DNA of 64,000 bases from the human T2T-CHM13v2.0 reference genome, Homo sapiens. The translations under genes were made by a program, and so were the position numbers. The notes beneath the pieces were generated by a model. That model was not told where the DNA came from. It made no database searches and was given only the letters and a program-made list of their open reading frames with translations. Below are positions 15,695 through 29,873 of this stretch, in pieces; the first letter of the stretch is position 1; each line of letters begins with the position of its first letter. The stretch lies in NCBI RefSeq assembly GCF_009914755.1, contig NC_060930.1. One strand, written 5' to 3'.

Positions 15695-16247
15695 TGTTCT
15701 GGTTAATTTTAAGTGTCAATGTGACTAGATTAAGGGATAACTAGATAGCTGGTAAAGCATTATTTTTTATTGTGTCCACATGAGATTGGCATGTGAGTTG
15801 GTGGATTGAGTAGGGAATATCTGCCTTTAATGTGGGTGGTCACGATCCAATTGTGCGAGGGCCCAGATGGAACAAAAAAGCAGGGGAAAGGTGAATTCAC
15901 TTTCTCTTTCCTGGATCTGGGACATCCTTCTCTTGGCCTTGAATATCAGAACTGTAGGGACATCCTTCTCTTGGCCTTGAATATCAGAACCGTAGGATCT
16001 TCAGCCTCTGGATTACGTGACTTGCCCCAGGTCTCAAGTTTTCAGCCTTGGCTTCCCTGGTTCTGAGGCCTTTGGATTTGGACTGAGTCACACTACCGGC
16101 CTCTGTGGTTCTCCAGCTTGTAGACGGCCTACCTTGGAACTTCTCAGCCTTCATAATCATGAGCCAATTCCCCTAATAAACCCCATCTCATATATCTGCC
16201 TATCTATATATTGTATTGGTTCTGTTTCTTTGGAGTGCCCTAATACA
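15695..16247 (+). mobile_element. MLT2 (ERVL) solo LTR
   Basis: tgttctggttaattttaagtgtcaa...ccctaataca; 5-bp TSD GATGG at 15690-15694 and 16248-16252. Confidence 0.9.
15919..15994 (+). repeat. 38-bp tandem duplication inside MLT2
   Basis: gggacatccttctcttggccttgaatatcagaac(t/c)gta twice, one mismatch. Confidence 0.95.
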
Positions 16248-16368
16248 GATGGTCAGGGAAGGCCTCTCAGAACCAATTACATTTAAGGTGGCATCTGAAT
16301 GACAAGAAGAAGCTGAGCAAGCAAAGGTAAGGGTGAAAGCATACCAGGCACAAGAAATAGGCAAAATA

Positions 16369-16683
<315 letters not shown>

Positions 16684-17674
16684 CTAAGTCAGGCACAGAC
16701 CTGGCATGTTTAAGGAATAGAAAGAAGACCAGTGTGACAAAAGCGCAGTGAGCAAAAGCAGAGGGAATAAGCAAGAAACACAAGGGTGTGTATCATACAG
16801 AGTAGAATTACTTCATGGCATACAAAACATGAATAAGATGCCATGCTAATCCAGTGGAGAAAGAAAATCTGGCATCAATTTCAAGCCATTGGTCCACGTA
16901 GGGTGAGAGGTCATTAAACTGGCCTTCGACTAGTTCAGCGGTGGGACTGCATGGAAGAGAAAATGCTATACATACTCATCTGATTGACGGAAGAATCATA
17001 TACCTTTTACTGCTGTACTGGTTCTTCTGTTTGAAGCCTGAAATAGACTGTCTTGCAATTTCACTTCTGTTTACATCAGAAAACACAGAGAAAAGAATAA
17101 TGACAAGCCTCTCATGTTATAACTATCCATCTCTAAAGAGTCAATTAAAAAGTTAGCAACCAAAGCAGAATAACATCCACAAATTCCTACTTCCACTTTT
17201 CCTATTTTATTGTTCTTTGAAGTTTAATGCCATCTAAAGAGGAATCTGTGGTTCTGTATTTCTTTTAGAAAAGGTATTAATACAAATACACTAATACACT
17301 CACTCACACTCATACTCATGCCATATACACACTGAGGAAAAAATATTATTAATATAAGCAACACAAATTTCAGGCAGATTAAAGTAAAAAGCATTTTATT
17401 TCAAAGAATAAATAGCCTACATAGTGTATTGAAGTGTATTTTGTCCGATGCTAAACAAAATATTTCAAAATTTGACTCTTCAGTAACAATAGTAAGCATA
17501 ACTCTGTTTTATAAAAGAACCGTATATGATAATTTTAAAAATTGTCCTTTTTATATTTGGACTCTTACCTGGATTTATTTCAGAGAATTACAGCTATAGG
17601 AATAAGCCCTTTCTCAGCATCAACAGATTCACTAATCCGATCCCTTTACTCTCTGAGAGTGGCAAGGCTTGCCT

Positions 17675-17920
17675 GGTTAAATCCAGGGCTTTCTGGTAGA
17701 TCCGGCTGAATTCCCATCTTACTCTGTCACGTCTTAATTACATTTCTATAACCAAGTTAATTAGCCACTCTGTGACTCAGTTACTTAATAATTTAAGTGT
17801 GGTCAAAATCTGACTACCTTATAAAGGTTTTCTCAGGGGAAAATGAAATAATATATGCATGTTATTTGAAATAGTACCCAATCTATAGTCAGCATTCAGT
17901 GAATGTTAATTATTATTTTA
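17675..17920 (+). mobile_element. MIR SINE (degraded)
   Basis: caagttaattagccactctgtgactcagtt...gcattcagtgaatgttaattattatt. Confidence 0.6.
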
Positions 17921-18384
17921 TTATTTATGTGTGGCTCACCATATCAGAATGCATTTTCATTATTGTCACTATGTTATTGAGTACTTGCCATGTTTCAAGG
18001 CCTATGTTAGGTGCCAAAATATAGCATTGAATAAGACAGAATTTTCCAGAAAGAACTCAAAGGACAGATTCCTCAGGCTCCAACACAGATTAAACAAAAC
18101 TTCAGCAGCTCTTTTTTATTACTGCTGCCATCCTCACATTCACATATCTGTCTAATAAATTATTCTTAGTATGTATCTTCCATATACGTGTGTATGTATG
18201 TGTTACCATTTTAATAGATAGGGATCATTAAAACCCTAGAAGTATAAGAAGGGAAAACCAAAAACGCAACAATGTGTTTTATATGTTTAACATTAAATTC
18301 CTAGGAAAGGTACAAAACCAAACAAAAAACTCATACACCATGAAATTTTATCTGTTTGGTAAAAAGGATCCTATCGGTAAACTG

Positions 18385-18515
18385 TGACAGATAGCAAAAC
18401 CCACAGCACTATCCCTGCCAGCGTCTTCCTGCTGGGATCGCAGCTCCTGCAGCCCTGCACAGGGATCCCTATTGGCTCTGCCCTGCCAGCTGCAATAGGA
18501 GCAGCCAGAGCTCTT
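18385..18515. promoter_or_regulatory. Candidate promoter/enhancer-like GC-rich unique patch
   Basis: Local GC enrichment in apparently non-repeat DNA, with CCAAT on the minus strand at 18471-18475 and an E-box CAGCTG. Confidence 0.25.
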
Positions 18516-19264
18516 TTTCAAAAATTATTCTATCAGATTACCAAGAGAAGCCTTAAAGAATCTTTTTTAATGAATAATTGCCCATTCCTTTTTGGAGGGA
18601 AGGTGGATCAGTTTTTGTTCATTCTCCACTAAGTTTATTTAGATTTTCATGATCAGTTATATTATTGATTCCTACAATGAATGTCCTACTTAGTTCACTG
18701 TTGTGGGTAGGTGGTTCTCTGTGAGAGCTCTGTGAGGCCTGATTTCCACATGATTACCCACATTTCCCTAAAGAGACCTAAGTTCAGGAAGGCTCACCAC
18801 ACAGCTGCTGTGTGCACGCCTCCAGGTTCCTCTAGTCCAGGTTGCTTCATCTTTGGTCATGCAGCTCTCATTCTGGGTTACCCTTTTGGCCATCAGTAAT
18901 GCACTGTCTTTTCCTGGCCCAGCTTTCCATAAGTGAGTACCTTCTGCCCCACTCAACAGATTTTAAGGCCCATAAAATCAAGGTACTTTGAGGTGGTCAA
19001 TAACTTTGATTTTTATTTACAACCAAAATCAGGGATCTCAAGTCTTTAAAGTGTTTCCTATATTTAACATTGAAATAGTACTATAATTAATATATGTACT
19101 TATTTTTCTATCCCCATTATAAAACCCTAGTCCCTACTTATATATCTTAACAAGCAGGTACACATATATACTATGTGCAGTCAGAGAAGAATTGTAATAT
19201 CCTTTAAAAGAATGCACGGTTATATAGATGACTAAAAACTCAGCTAAGAACTTTTCAGTAAAAT

Positions 19265-19505
19265 AATAAAAATGAAAATAGATTACATTATTTGAGCATC
19301 CTCTATGTATCAGGAATATGTTTTACATATTACTTTTGAATGTCATAAAAATTTGGCTCTATTAGCCCCCCTTTAAAACATGAGGACTCTGAGTCTTAGG
19401 TTTAGTATAACAATGCCATGTTCTCATAGCTAGTAAGTAACATAGCCAGGTTATACATCCAAATTAGTCTAGGTATAAAACCCAACTCTGAACTATTATG
19501 CATTA
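19265..19505 (-). mobile_element. MIR SINE (degraded)
   Basis: catt..ttgagcatcctctatgtatcagg...acatgaggactctgag...catagctagtaagt. Confidence 0.6.
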
Positions 19506-22244
19506 TACTTTCCTTCATCTTGTTGGCTAGAGGTTATATAAATTTTATCATTGAGCAATGAGTCACCCTAATTCTAGGCCTTTGCTTCTACAGCAGCCAG
19601 TGACTACTACACTTAACTGTTGTTCTCAGCAGCTGAAATGCCTACAGCCCCTTGGCTGCCAGTTCCAGAAAACCATATTGTTTGCAAACTCCTAAGAGAA
19701 TCAGCAGTGAAACAAATTAAAGGGCATGAAAAAACTATTTTTAGTTCTACCAGGAAAAGAGGTGCCTGTAAAATATGCGAACTTTTGCTCTGGGACTATC
19801 TGTCAAAGATTCTTTCATCTAAAGATGGCAGTACTAACAGTTTCAATTTTTAAAAAGAAGCAATGAATTTCAGCTTCAGTAGTTATTTTGAATTATGTCA
19901 ATTATTTTAAATACTTCTAGACTGGATCTACCAGAAATATCCTTTAACCAAACTTTCTTTGGAAGGATTGCAAATTTTTTTTAGTCTGAGATTAAATCTG
20001 CCAAAGCTTCCAGGACTGCTACTGAAATCATGATAAATAATTCTTAGTATACAAATTCTTATTTTATATTTGCAGTGCATGTGGTTGATATTTGGAAAAG
20101 GGCCTAGAAGCCCTACAATTATAATCAAGTTTATAAATTCTGTTCTCACTTAATTATAAATCCTGATTACATTTTCTCTGCCAGATTCCTGCCTAATGTT
20201 CCCATTTGATAATGAGCTCCATAAAAGCTATCCAGTGCACATGATTTCATGTGATGTTTCCCCAGGTACCAATGTACTCTGACTTGAAAAGATTACTCTG
20301 AGTCCATGCATCTGGAATTGAATTTCCTGAATTCTGTCATTCTCTGGAGTGCTACAATGAAGCCCACTAACTGGATCATACAAGTAGAAAAGGAGATCTC
20401 CTAAGTAATAATGAGGATGACTTATTGCACTCCTTCCTTAATGTTAGGAATACCTTCAGAGTTTGAAAGTTGTACATAAACCTACATGAGTATGGCAAAA
20501 TCTATATACAGATGATAAAGATATTGATGGAGATGTATAGCCATGCAATTTAACCTCCTTCCAGGGTAACTTTCCTAGAATTAGTAAAGTGAGGAATGTA
20601 GGACACTCTTTCCTATTGAAGATGACTAAACACTGTATCTACTAGGAATGTCTGCCTTTTTATTGGGAAATGTTTTCAAACACTGTCCTGGGGGCTTTTT
20701 CCTCTGAATTAAGCAAGCCAGACAGTAACATGAAACTCTTTCTTAACAAACTCAGTCATTGCTATAAGGAAATACCAACAATGTACAGATAAAGTACACC
20801 ATTGCAATATTCAAACAAAAATGTATTTCATTAGATACATTTTATCCTGCATTTTATTTTAAAAGAAATCTTATTTTCAGTTTTTTTAATAAGTAAATAA
20901 TCAACTTTCCATGGTTCTGATTTCAACTCAGTCCGTTTCACAATTCCTCAAGAAAACTCTAGAAAAAAAAGATAGGGGAAAGATCACAAGACTTAAAATT
21001 TATGAATTTTTGATATTATACAGATAAGTAGGAACTCTACTATTAGTCCCTCCCAGCCCTCAGACCTCTTGGATGGAGCCAAGATGACGAACAGAGTGAG
21101 ATGTGATTTGCTGAAATCAAATGATTACTTCAGTCCTTCCCTATCCTATTTCTGCAATGAAAAATGCTTGGTCCTTTTTTCTTTATGTATTGTTATTATT
21201 TAAAAATTCACATTTACACAGTATATTTCTTTTTACAAATTTTGTGTCAATATACGTGAGTTTAATCATTCCACCGAAGATGAAAAACACTACAAGTTAT
21301 TTTCACACTTTAACAAGGAACTTCAGAGAAGATGAGACAGAACGAATGGAAATTGGAAATGACTGAACTAAGTCCTGGGGTCATTCAGATGATTTTAATA
21401 CTCAACAGAGAGGGGTAAAGTACATCTTAGAAAATTTTTCCAAAGCAACTACAAGTCTCTAATTATATTTAATGTTCATTTAGCAGACATTTCACCCTAG
21501 AACAGACATTTTGTTACTAGAGGTTGTTGTTTGTTACATAGCAATTACTGCTCTCCATAGCCCCCAACCCAAGAGAGGAAGAAATAGAGAATAAGTAGAG
21601 AAGGTTTTTAAATGGATAAAAATGATAAAACAATGATAATGTACTAATTTTAATCAAATCTTTGAAGTATTTTCATATTCAAACTACTCTGTGATTTGTT
21701 ATGAAGGGATGAACATACGATGACACAGTTAAGATTTACACAGTAATTTATATTCAAACTGAGAGATGTTCTTAGAATCTAATATATAAATAAATTCTTG
21801 AGTGATGTTAACAAAACAACAATTCAATTATCAGAAGCCTAATCCAGCAATATCTATTGTTAGTATGTGTGTGACTTTAAGAAGGTTAGTATTATCTTTC
21901 AAGTTCACGTGTGTGAAATAGTGGTAAACATGTGACTTTTTGCTCTATGAGCATATGTGCCTACATTTATAAGCAGGATAAGCTGACACATTGTTACTAG
22001 AGATTGATGCAAAAAATGATTTCAATTTCTATGACTGCCCATGTTTATGTATCCCATATGCTGGAAGAAGGATTAGAAACTATCTCATCCCATCTCCCCA
22101 GCCAATTCTAGGTAAATAAATAGCAATAATGGACCATAGATTTTTATACTGCCTTTACTCCAAAGATACAACAAAAAGGAGTTGTGCCTTGAGTGTGGTA
22201 AATATGTATGAAATAAAAGTACACATGAGGAACCATCTAGAAAA

Positions 22245-23359
22245 TAGGATTGCCAAATAAAATACAGTGGACTCAGTTACATATAAATTTCAGATAAACA
22301 ATGATTTTTTTAGTGTAATTATGTCTCAAATATTGCATAGGACATAATTATACTGATGCAGGGCATTTTCTTGACCCCTTCATGGGACTTATGATAGGGG
22401 TGCCCAATATACTCAGCCTGCCCTGTTCAACCCCTCATGAGAGGGAGCACGCAAGCAAACGAGCCTGGGAACTTGAGTGAGTGACTACAGGAACCGGTCG
22501 GCCACTTTGGTGCTGGCAGGAGCAAACTCCGTGCCGGCCTCACAGCAGCATCCCAACGGGGTGCCTGCAACCCCATGACCCCAGAGGGTGTGTTACAATG
22601 CTCTCTTAGTTCCACCATCCACAGACAGCATGTGTTATCAGCTCAGTGGGCCCTTTGCCTCCTCATCATGTGGGGCAGCTGTCCTCCACCAGAGAGGGCA
22701 AAAGGGCCAGTGTGACAGTTGTTCTGGGTACCTGCACTTTGTGCATCCCAAATTCTTGTCCAGTGCCCAAGAGGAATGAGGTAACATGGATGAATTGAAA
22801 GATGGTGAGTGCGGAGAATTTTATTGGGCAATGAAAGTGGCTCTCAGCAGAGAGGAGAGCTGGAGATGAGATAGAAAGGGCAGGTCACTCTTTCCTGAAG
22901 TCGAGCCACCTTTCTGTCTCTCTCTTCTAAAGTGAAGTTGCCACTTTCCAATGTCCAGCTGCTGTCTCTCAAGTCAAGTCACCTCTCCCTGATGTCCAGC
23001 CACTTCTCTCTACTGGCTGAGTCTGGGGTCTTTATAGGCACAGGATGGGATAAGGGTGGGTCATAGGTAGTTTTGGAAAAGGCAAAAATCAACTGGTAAA
23101 ATGACATCATTCAGAAAGAATCAATCAGGAGACAGCAGGCACACAAGGATAGAAGTTCTCACTTTGGGCCGCTGTTTTCAGGCTTTTCAGTTTGAAGGTG
23201 AGGTTTTGCCAGGGACCCACCCCTGTCTGTCTAAAGTTTCTCTGCCTCCTGTCTCTATCAATATTTAAAAAATTAATTGTTTATCCAAAATTCAAATTTA
23301 ACTGACAGTCCTGTGTGTGTGTATGTGTTTGTTTGTGTTTCCTAAATCTAACAACCCTA
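22245..23359. mobile_element. MER3 (hAT MITE) split by an ERV1 LTR
   Basis: Left half taggattgccaaataaaataca...tttcagataaacaa (22245-22353); right half ttgtttatccaaaattcaaatttaactg...atctaacaacccta (23261-23359). Confidence 0.85.
22354..23260 (-). mobile_element. ERV1 solo LTR (LTR27/LTR28-like)
   Basis: TG...CA termini; minus-strand start tgatagagacaggaggcagagaaa...ggcccaaagtgagaacttctatcc; near-TSD atac/atat. Confidence 0.85.
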
Positions 23360-23514
23360 CTAAAAAAGTGAATGAAGACTATTCTGTTTTATATTAGAGG
23401 GCCATGGAGGCTTTGCCACATTTATCATTTGTACAGGATCTTGCACTGTATCATGTGTCTATTTTTTAGAACCATTGTTTTGTTTACCCCATCATTTGGA
23501 AATCAAACTTATTT

Positions 23515-23960
23515 CTCTTTAAGCATGGTCTGGAGTCAAATCCCAGCATCACTGATTTGCAGTGGGATTTTGGTCCATTTACTCAACATTTATTTTCTTT
23601 CCTGTATTCTTACCTTTAAAAATTAAGATATTAATACATACCTTATAGTTACAGTGATATAATTGAAATATCATCCATGAAGTGCTTAACACAATACTAA
23701 CAAGTAGTAGTAGATTTAGTACAAGTAGTAATAGATTTAGTAAAATGTAGGGCTTGAGAGGGAAGACTCTGGAACTAGGCATCCTGTATTCAGAGCCTGA
23801 CTACATCTCTCCCTAGCCACGTGGCCTCAAGCAAGTTACTACTCCTTCTACTGCTTCTCAAGCTCATTTGATATTAGAGCTAATGACAGTAAATCTCTCA
23901 TATGGCTGCTGTGGAATTGAAAGAATCATTGCACATAAATCCCTGATAATAATTTAATGA
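23515..23960 (+). mobile_element. Two degraded MIR fragments
   Basis: ggtctggagtcaaatcccagc...; gactctggaactaggc...gtggcctcaagcaagttact. Confidence 0.6.
23700..23741 (+). repeat. 21-bp tandem duplication
   Basis: acaagtagta(g/a)tagatttagt twice. Confidence 0.85.
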
Positions 23961-24679
23961 TAATTTCAAACAATAATAATCTTGATAATTTCATTAAGTA
24001 TTTGTTAATTAATGAATTAAATGCACAATTTGCAACCTAACATTAGCAAATGCAAGCACATTGCATCTGCATTTGAAATTATTGTGTAAAAATTTGCCTT
24101 TCATAATAAATGTTGTGTTTACGATCACTTCCTAAATTCTAGCACCTATCAAGAGCAGAATAAAAATTCACATTTGAACAGTATGTATGTTTCCTAGAGC
24201 ATTTGAAAAAAAAACTTAGCAGGACTATATATTCTCTCACTTGGCTTGAAGTTAACAACCTAGTGCCTGTTTATAAACTGTCAGATCATTTTAAGCATTT
24301 GTGTATATATCTGTTTTGTAAATTTAATATCAACCCTGGAGCACATGGACTGATTTGATTGAAAGATGTTTCTACCTATAGATATAAAATAGTCAATTGA
24401 TGAAAGTACTGGTAAAAGTAGTGCCCTAGCACAAGCCTTCATGTTTTTACCTATATGTAGTGGTATTGAATATGATCCTATTAAACCATTTCTAGAACAA
24501 AAACAAAAGCTTTAAAATGGAGTGAAAATTTAGGAACAATGAGAATTTATCTTCTACTCACTTTACCTCCCTAAGACATTTCTGTTTTCAAAGAGTAAAA
24601 TGAAATGCTTGAAAAGATGGTAGAGCAATAAAATTAGTCTGAAAACTAAATTAGCAACATCTATGAAGTCATATTCATC

Positions 24680-25010
24680 AATACACATTGGTTTATGCTA
24701 CAGTAGCAAATTAACCCCCAAACTTAAGTGGCTTAATACCAAAAAAGGGTTTATTTCTGATTCATCCACACATCAGTGCAGGTCAGTGAAGCTTCAGTTC
24801 CATGTACTCTTTCAGCAATCCTGGCAGATGAAGATTCCACTGTGACAGAGAAAGGTAGAGAGTAGAGAGCTTACACCTGTTTGTAAATGTGTTGGCCCAG
24901 AAGTCACTTCTATCTCAACCTATTTGCAAGAAAGTCAAATGATTACAAGTAACTGGAGGGAATCTGCAAATTGCAAGAGAGCACAGGATGCTTATAAACT
25001 GTCTCTGTTT
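24680..25010 (-). mobile_element. Old MLT1 (J/K-like) LTR fragment
   Basis: ttatgctacagtagcaaattaacccccaaacttaagtggcttaa...ggtttatttct...ggcccagaagtcacttct. Confidence 0.6.
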
Positions 25011-26589
25011 AAGAGGCTGTTATCAAATAGTCAAGTATAACACTCACCATCATAGCTCTTTTAAAATGCATGATGTTCCTGTCTTACTTCACAATATACC
25101 AATCACTATTCTATTTCCCTCAGTCAGTATTGAGATAAAAAAAGAGAACAAGCTTATGGTTCAAGGAATTTAATTATTTTTTCTAACCAGCTATAGTTGA
25201 ACATGTCAGCCATGTTGATATTGAGTAATTGCCTATATATCTTGTCTTTCCTCACAATTTGATTTCTTTTCATAATGAAAGCTCAAAAGAATTTGTTGTT
25301 TCCTTTAGTACAGATGTTCCTCATTTGATGTTATAAATGTGCGACTGAAAAGTTGTGGGTAAATCAGATTTTTATAAATCAAATCACATTCCCATTAACT
25401 TTATCTTTGCTTCTGCTTCACAGTAACTCTGGACAATTTATCTTTAAATTAGTCTCAGTTTTACAGAGAAGAGTGACAGGTCAGAGGGTATTTCCCAACA
25501 GGCTGGCATAAGAATAGCCTTCCATCAACAGGATATGCACTATTTCTTCACACTGATGTGATATCAGAGTCCATTTAGGGAAAAGATGCTTTTTGAAAAT
25601 AAAAACAAAAACTAAAAGGAAAGAATAGCAGAGAAACAACGTATTGGAGAAAGACATTACTTGCATTTTAACACATCACATTATATAACTCAACCTGGGT
25701 GCTAGTGGTTTTTCTGTGATAGAATCTACTAGCACAAAGCATTGGAATATTTTTCATTAGATATAAGACCTATTTACATAAATTTGCAGCATAATTTCAT
25801 GGAGTCTGTTGATGAAAAAGAAAAATTCACACTAAAAAAATAAAGAAAAAGAGTTTTCAAAAAAGAGAAGTGGACAAGGCATTTACTAATTTTTCTTGAT
25901 GTTTGTTCCCATACCAACTTTGCTAACTAAACACTGAAAAAATTGAACAATATTTTTTTTGAACTGAACAATACAATTCCTTTGACTTTTTTCTCTAAGT
26001 CATTTTCTCCAAAATGATTTGCTACAGTCTCTGGTGACTTGGAGTCATTTCAGCATGAAAAAGCTTTTTTTATCTGTTGTGTTCTTCTGAGTTGTTTTTT
26101 CTTGTAAACCAACTTTATTCCAGTTGTTATTCACCGATACATAGCAATCACAGACTCATAGAATCTTAGGGCAGAGAGGGACCTTAAAAAGCCACTAATC
26201 TTCTTTTGTGTGTTCTGAGCCATATAAGAGGAAATATCAATGAAAAATAAGACCAGAGGATGAGTAGCACAGAGCACAGATGACACTGAAGGAAAGGAAA
26301 AGCTAAAAGGATGCTGAATTCCAATGGCAGAATTGGAACAACTAGTAAGGTCAGTTTTGCCTTTGCAGTTACATTATTGCTCCAAGTATTTCACGTATGT
26401 ATATTGACTACAGAATGTTTTAACATAATCTTCTCTCCAGTTATATGTGCCTTAACTATGCTACTATTTTGCTATAGAGCAAATCGCCATTATATATGTA
26501 TAAATAATAAATATATAAATATAAATAATATATATTATGTATACTATATATTCCCCCAGAGAACAGAATGTTAAATGTATTCATATTTT

Positions 26590-27215
26590 TTGTCTTTTTA
26601 AATCCTTTTAAAAATGATATTGTTTAAATTTTTCCTTTTCTATTTTTCTTTACTTGCTGGTATATGGAAAGGCAGATGATTTTTGTATATTGAACTTGAA
26701 ACCACCTTTTTTCCTATTTTAGTTTTTTTTTAATTTTCAGTTTTTGTTGGCAATTACTAACATATTCACTATATTATTATTTTTAACAACTTTATTGACA
26801 TATAATTCCCATATCATGTAATAAAGACATTTACCATGTACAATCCAATGGTATTCACAGAGTTCTGCATCCATCACCACAATTGAATTTAGAACATCTT
26901 GATCACCCAAAAAGGAAACTTCATAACCATTAGTAGTTATTCCCAATGACTCTCAACTCACGCATTCTTCCCTTCCTTCCCTGGCCCCAGGCAATCACTT
27001 CTCTACTTTCTGTGTCTATTTGCCTATTCTGAACATTTGTTTTAATAGTCCTCCTATATAACTGTAGTTATATATCCTTTGACCAAAATCTCCCCATATC
27101 CTCTTTCTTACCCCAGACTCCGGTAACCACAATTCTACTCTCGACTTTTGTGAGATCAAATTTTTAGATTCTATGTATGAGTGAGATCATGTGGGATTTG
27201 TCTTTCTGTGCATTT
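26590..27215 (-). mobile_element. L1M 3' end fragments
   Basis: caactttattgacatataattc...catccatcaccacaat...tttagaacat; ggtaaccacaattctactctc...tgagtgagatcatg. Confidence 0.75.
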
Positions 27216-27869
27216 TATGTATGTTACATGTTACAAAGATCCTTAAGAATGGTAGTTTTGTATCAACACATAGTTTTAGAAGTTCATATAAACATGAAAG
27301 GAGAGGTTAAGAAACAGAAATATGTTAACAAATTAGGGGAAAGTGGGGATTAAATTACCAAAGATTAAATTGCTTAATTAAGATCAGAGATTGGAGAATA
27401 ATTTTAGAGGCTAAATAGAGGAGATAACTTGTCAAAGGATGAAGGATTCAGGATTTCCATTACAGCCTAAGAAGCTTCCTGAGATTCAGGACAGAGCCTT
27501 GAGATCCCCTGGATTAGTAATTTGCTACTTAATTATAGATATTTAAAACAATACAGATTGTACAGGAACATAAATACAGACAATAAATGGATATTAAGTA
27601 CATGGGAAATGTTGCCTATGGGGAAAGGGGAAAGAGTAGGTACTGGGGTAAAAGGCAACCAATCTACTAAATCAGTTAATTGGAAATGAACCTCCCTCTG
27701 AGCCCTGCAGTAGTGGGAAGACTCGGAAATCCTGGTGACCTCTGATGGCTGAACTAAGAAGGCCTACAGAATCATTTACTGCAGTCATGGGTATAAATCC
27801 CACATAAGTTGCAAGGGAAGTTGTTGGTGCAGGACAGTGACCAGAGGCCCTGGACACCCATGAGGGCAA

Positions 27870-28255
27870 TAGAATCTGAGACAAAATATAGGAAATGTCT
27901 TCGTTATAAACCAATGTGGCAATTTCTTTGGGATTTTTATTCAGGAACAGAACTGCAGAGTCAATGTGTATGTAAACAGTTTACTAAGTGGTATGAAATT
28001 GCTTTCTAGAATAGCTGTACCCAGTCCATATTTCCACTGGCAGTATATAAAGGTTCCTGTATCCTCATATCATTGCCATCAACTGGTATAATTTAGCTTT
28101 CTGACTTCTGCCACTATAATACATATAAAGTATATTCAATGATTATTTTAATTTGCATTCCACTGATTATTAGTAAGTTGGAGTATCTCTTTCGATGTGG
28201 GTTAGAATTTTGGTTTCTTTTTCTGTAAATTGCCTATTTGCTAATTTTTCTGTTG
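27870..28255 (-). mobile_element. L1M ORF2 3' fragment
   Basis: gaaattgctttctagaatagctgtacc...ttccactggcagtatataaaggttcctg...ttttaatttgcattcc. Confidence 0.7.
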
Positions 28256-28996
28256 TCCTTTTCTGTGGTCGTTTTCTTTGCCTTCTCTGTGCTTCTCAAA
28301 CTATCTGATGTGAATAACTCACTCTAATGAGTTTTGAAATCTGTCACATACCAATAGTTTTATAAATAAATATACATAACTTATTAGAAAAATAAAATTT
28401 AAAATATATACAGAACAAAATCCACATGTATTTTTATTATTAAACTCAACAGACATTACATTTCAATAAACATAATAAGAAGAAATACAACATAGAGAAA
28501 ATAAAACTGATGCATTGATTGAAAGTAATCCTACAGGCAAATAATGTAGCTCACTATCACACTCAGAAAATGTTGCACTTCACAGTTGTAACTACATAAA
28601 AAGTCACATGTGAAACAGTGATTCCTCATATTAAATGCCTATATGCACAATTCGAATAAACACTTTGCTAATCAATCTTTAAAGTTTCAAATGTGAATGA
28701 GTTTGATCCTTGAATGTTTACCTACCTAAGTTGGATTAACATCAGTGCTACTGTAGGGGCTAATGTATTTCTAAATTGTTCCTATGATTTGTTTTAATAG
28801 CTCTCAGAGTAGAGAAACCAGCATTTTAGAGGAATATTAATAAACATATTGGGAAGAGATTTTAAAGCAAGTCTGAATAAAGCAAGTCTTTATTTTTAAC
28901 TCTTATTCAAAATAAAGAAGTATTGTGTTTACAAAATTCATCATCAATCCTTCATTGTAGCCAGTCCCAATAATTTATCCTATAAAGTTAAGGTTT

Positions 28997-29480
28997 GTTT
29001 TTGTTATTATACTTTAAGTTTTAGGGTACATGTGCACAACATGCAGGTTTGTTACATATGTATACATGTGCCATGTTGCTGTGCTGCACCCATTAACTCG
29101 TCATTTAACATTAGGTATACCTCCTAATGCTATCCCTCCCCCCTCCCCTCTCCCCACAACAGGCCCCGGTGTGTGATGTTCCCCTTCCTGTGTCCATGTG
29201 TTCTCACTGTTCAATTCCCACCTATGAGTGAGAACATGTGGTGTTTGATTTTTTGTCCTTGTGACAGTTTGCTGAGAATAATGGTTTCCAGCTTCATCCA
29301 TGTCCCCACAAAGGACATGAACTCATCATTTTTTATGGCTGCACAGTATTCCATGGTGTATATGTGCCACGTTTTCTTAATCCAGACTATCATTGTTGGA
29401 CATTTGGGTTGGTTCTAAGTCTTTGCTATTGTGAATAGTGCCGCAAGAAACATACATGTGCATATGTCTTTATAGCAGCA
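28997..29480 (-). mobile_element. 5'-truncated young L1PA (approx. PA3-5) 3' end
   Basis: ttattatactttaagttttagggtacatgtgcacaac...; ORF 29211-29393 is the L1 ORF2 C-terminus; TSD aggttt at 28991-28996 and 29481-29486. Confidence 0.95.
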
Positions 29481-29573
29481 AGGTTTAATTTGAATTATCT
29501 TTTAGTGAAAAAATTGGATTCTGGGTTTGTAATTTTTATGTGTTGTTCTTCTTTTGAAGAAAAATAAAATTCA

Positions 29574-29873
29574 GCCCAGGTGCAGTGGCTCAGTCCTGTA
29601 ATTCCAGTACTTTGGGAGGCCAAGATGGGCAGAACAATTGAGGTCAGGAGTTCGAGACCAGCTGGCCAACATGGTGAAACCCCTTCTCTACTAAAAATAC
29701 ACCATGCCACCACCTGGCATGTTGGTGCACACCTATAATCTCATCTACTCGGGAGGCTGAGGCAGAACCGCTTGAACCCAGGAGGCAGAGGTTGCAGTGA
29801 GCCAAGATTGTGCCACTGCAGTCCAGCCTGGGAAACAGACTGAGTGAGTCTCCGTCTCAAAAAAAATAGAAAA
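29574..29873 (+). mobile_element. AluS
   Basis: Dimeric Alu; degenerate 17-bp TSD aagaaaaataaaattca / aagaaaaagataattca. Confidence 0.92.

Noticed and set aside
25308-25400. Possible Tigger-like terminus (tacagatgttcctcattt)
   Set aside because: Too short, and I found no matching second end
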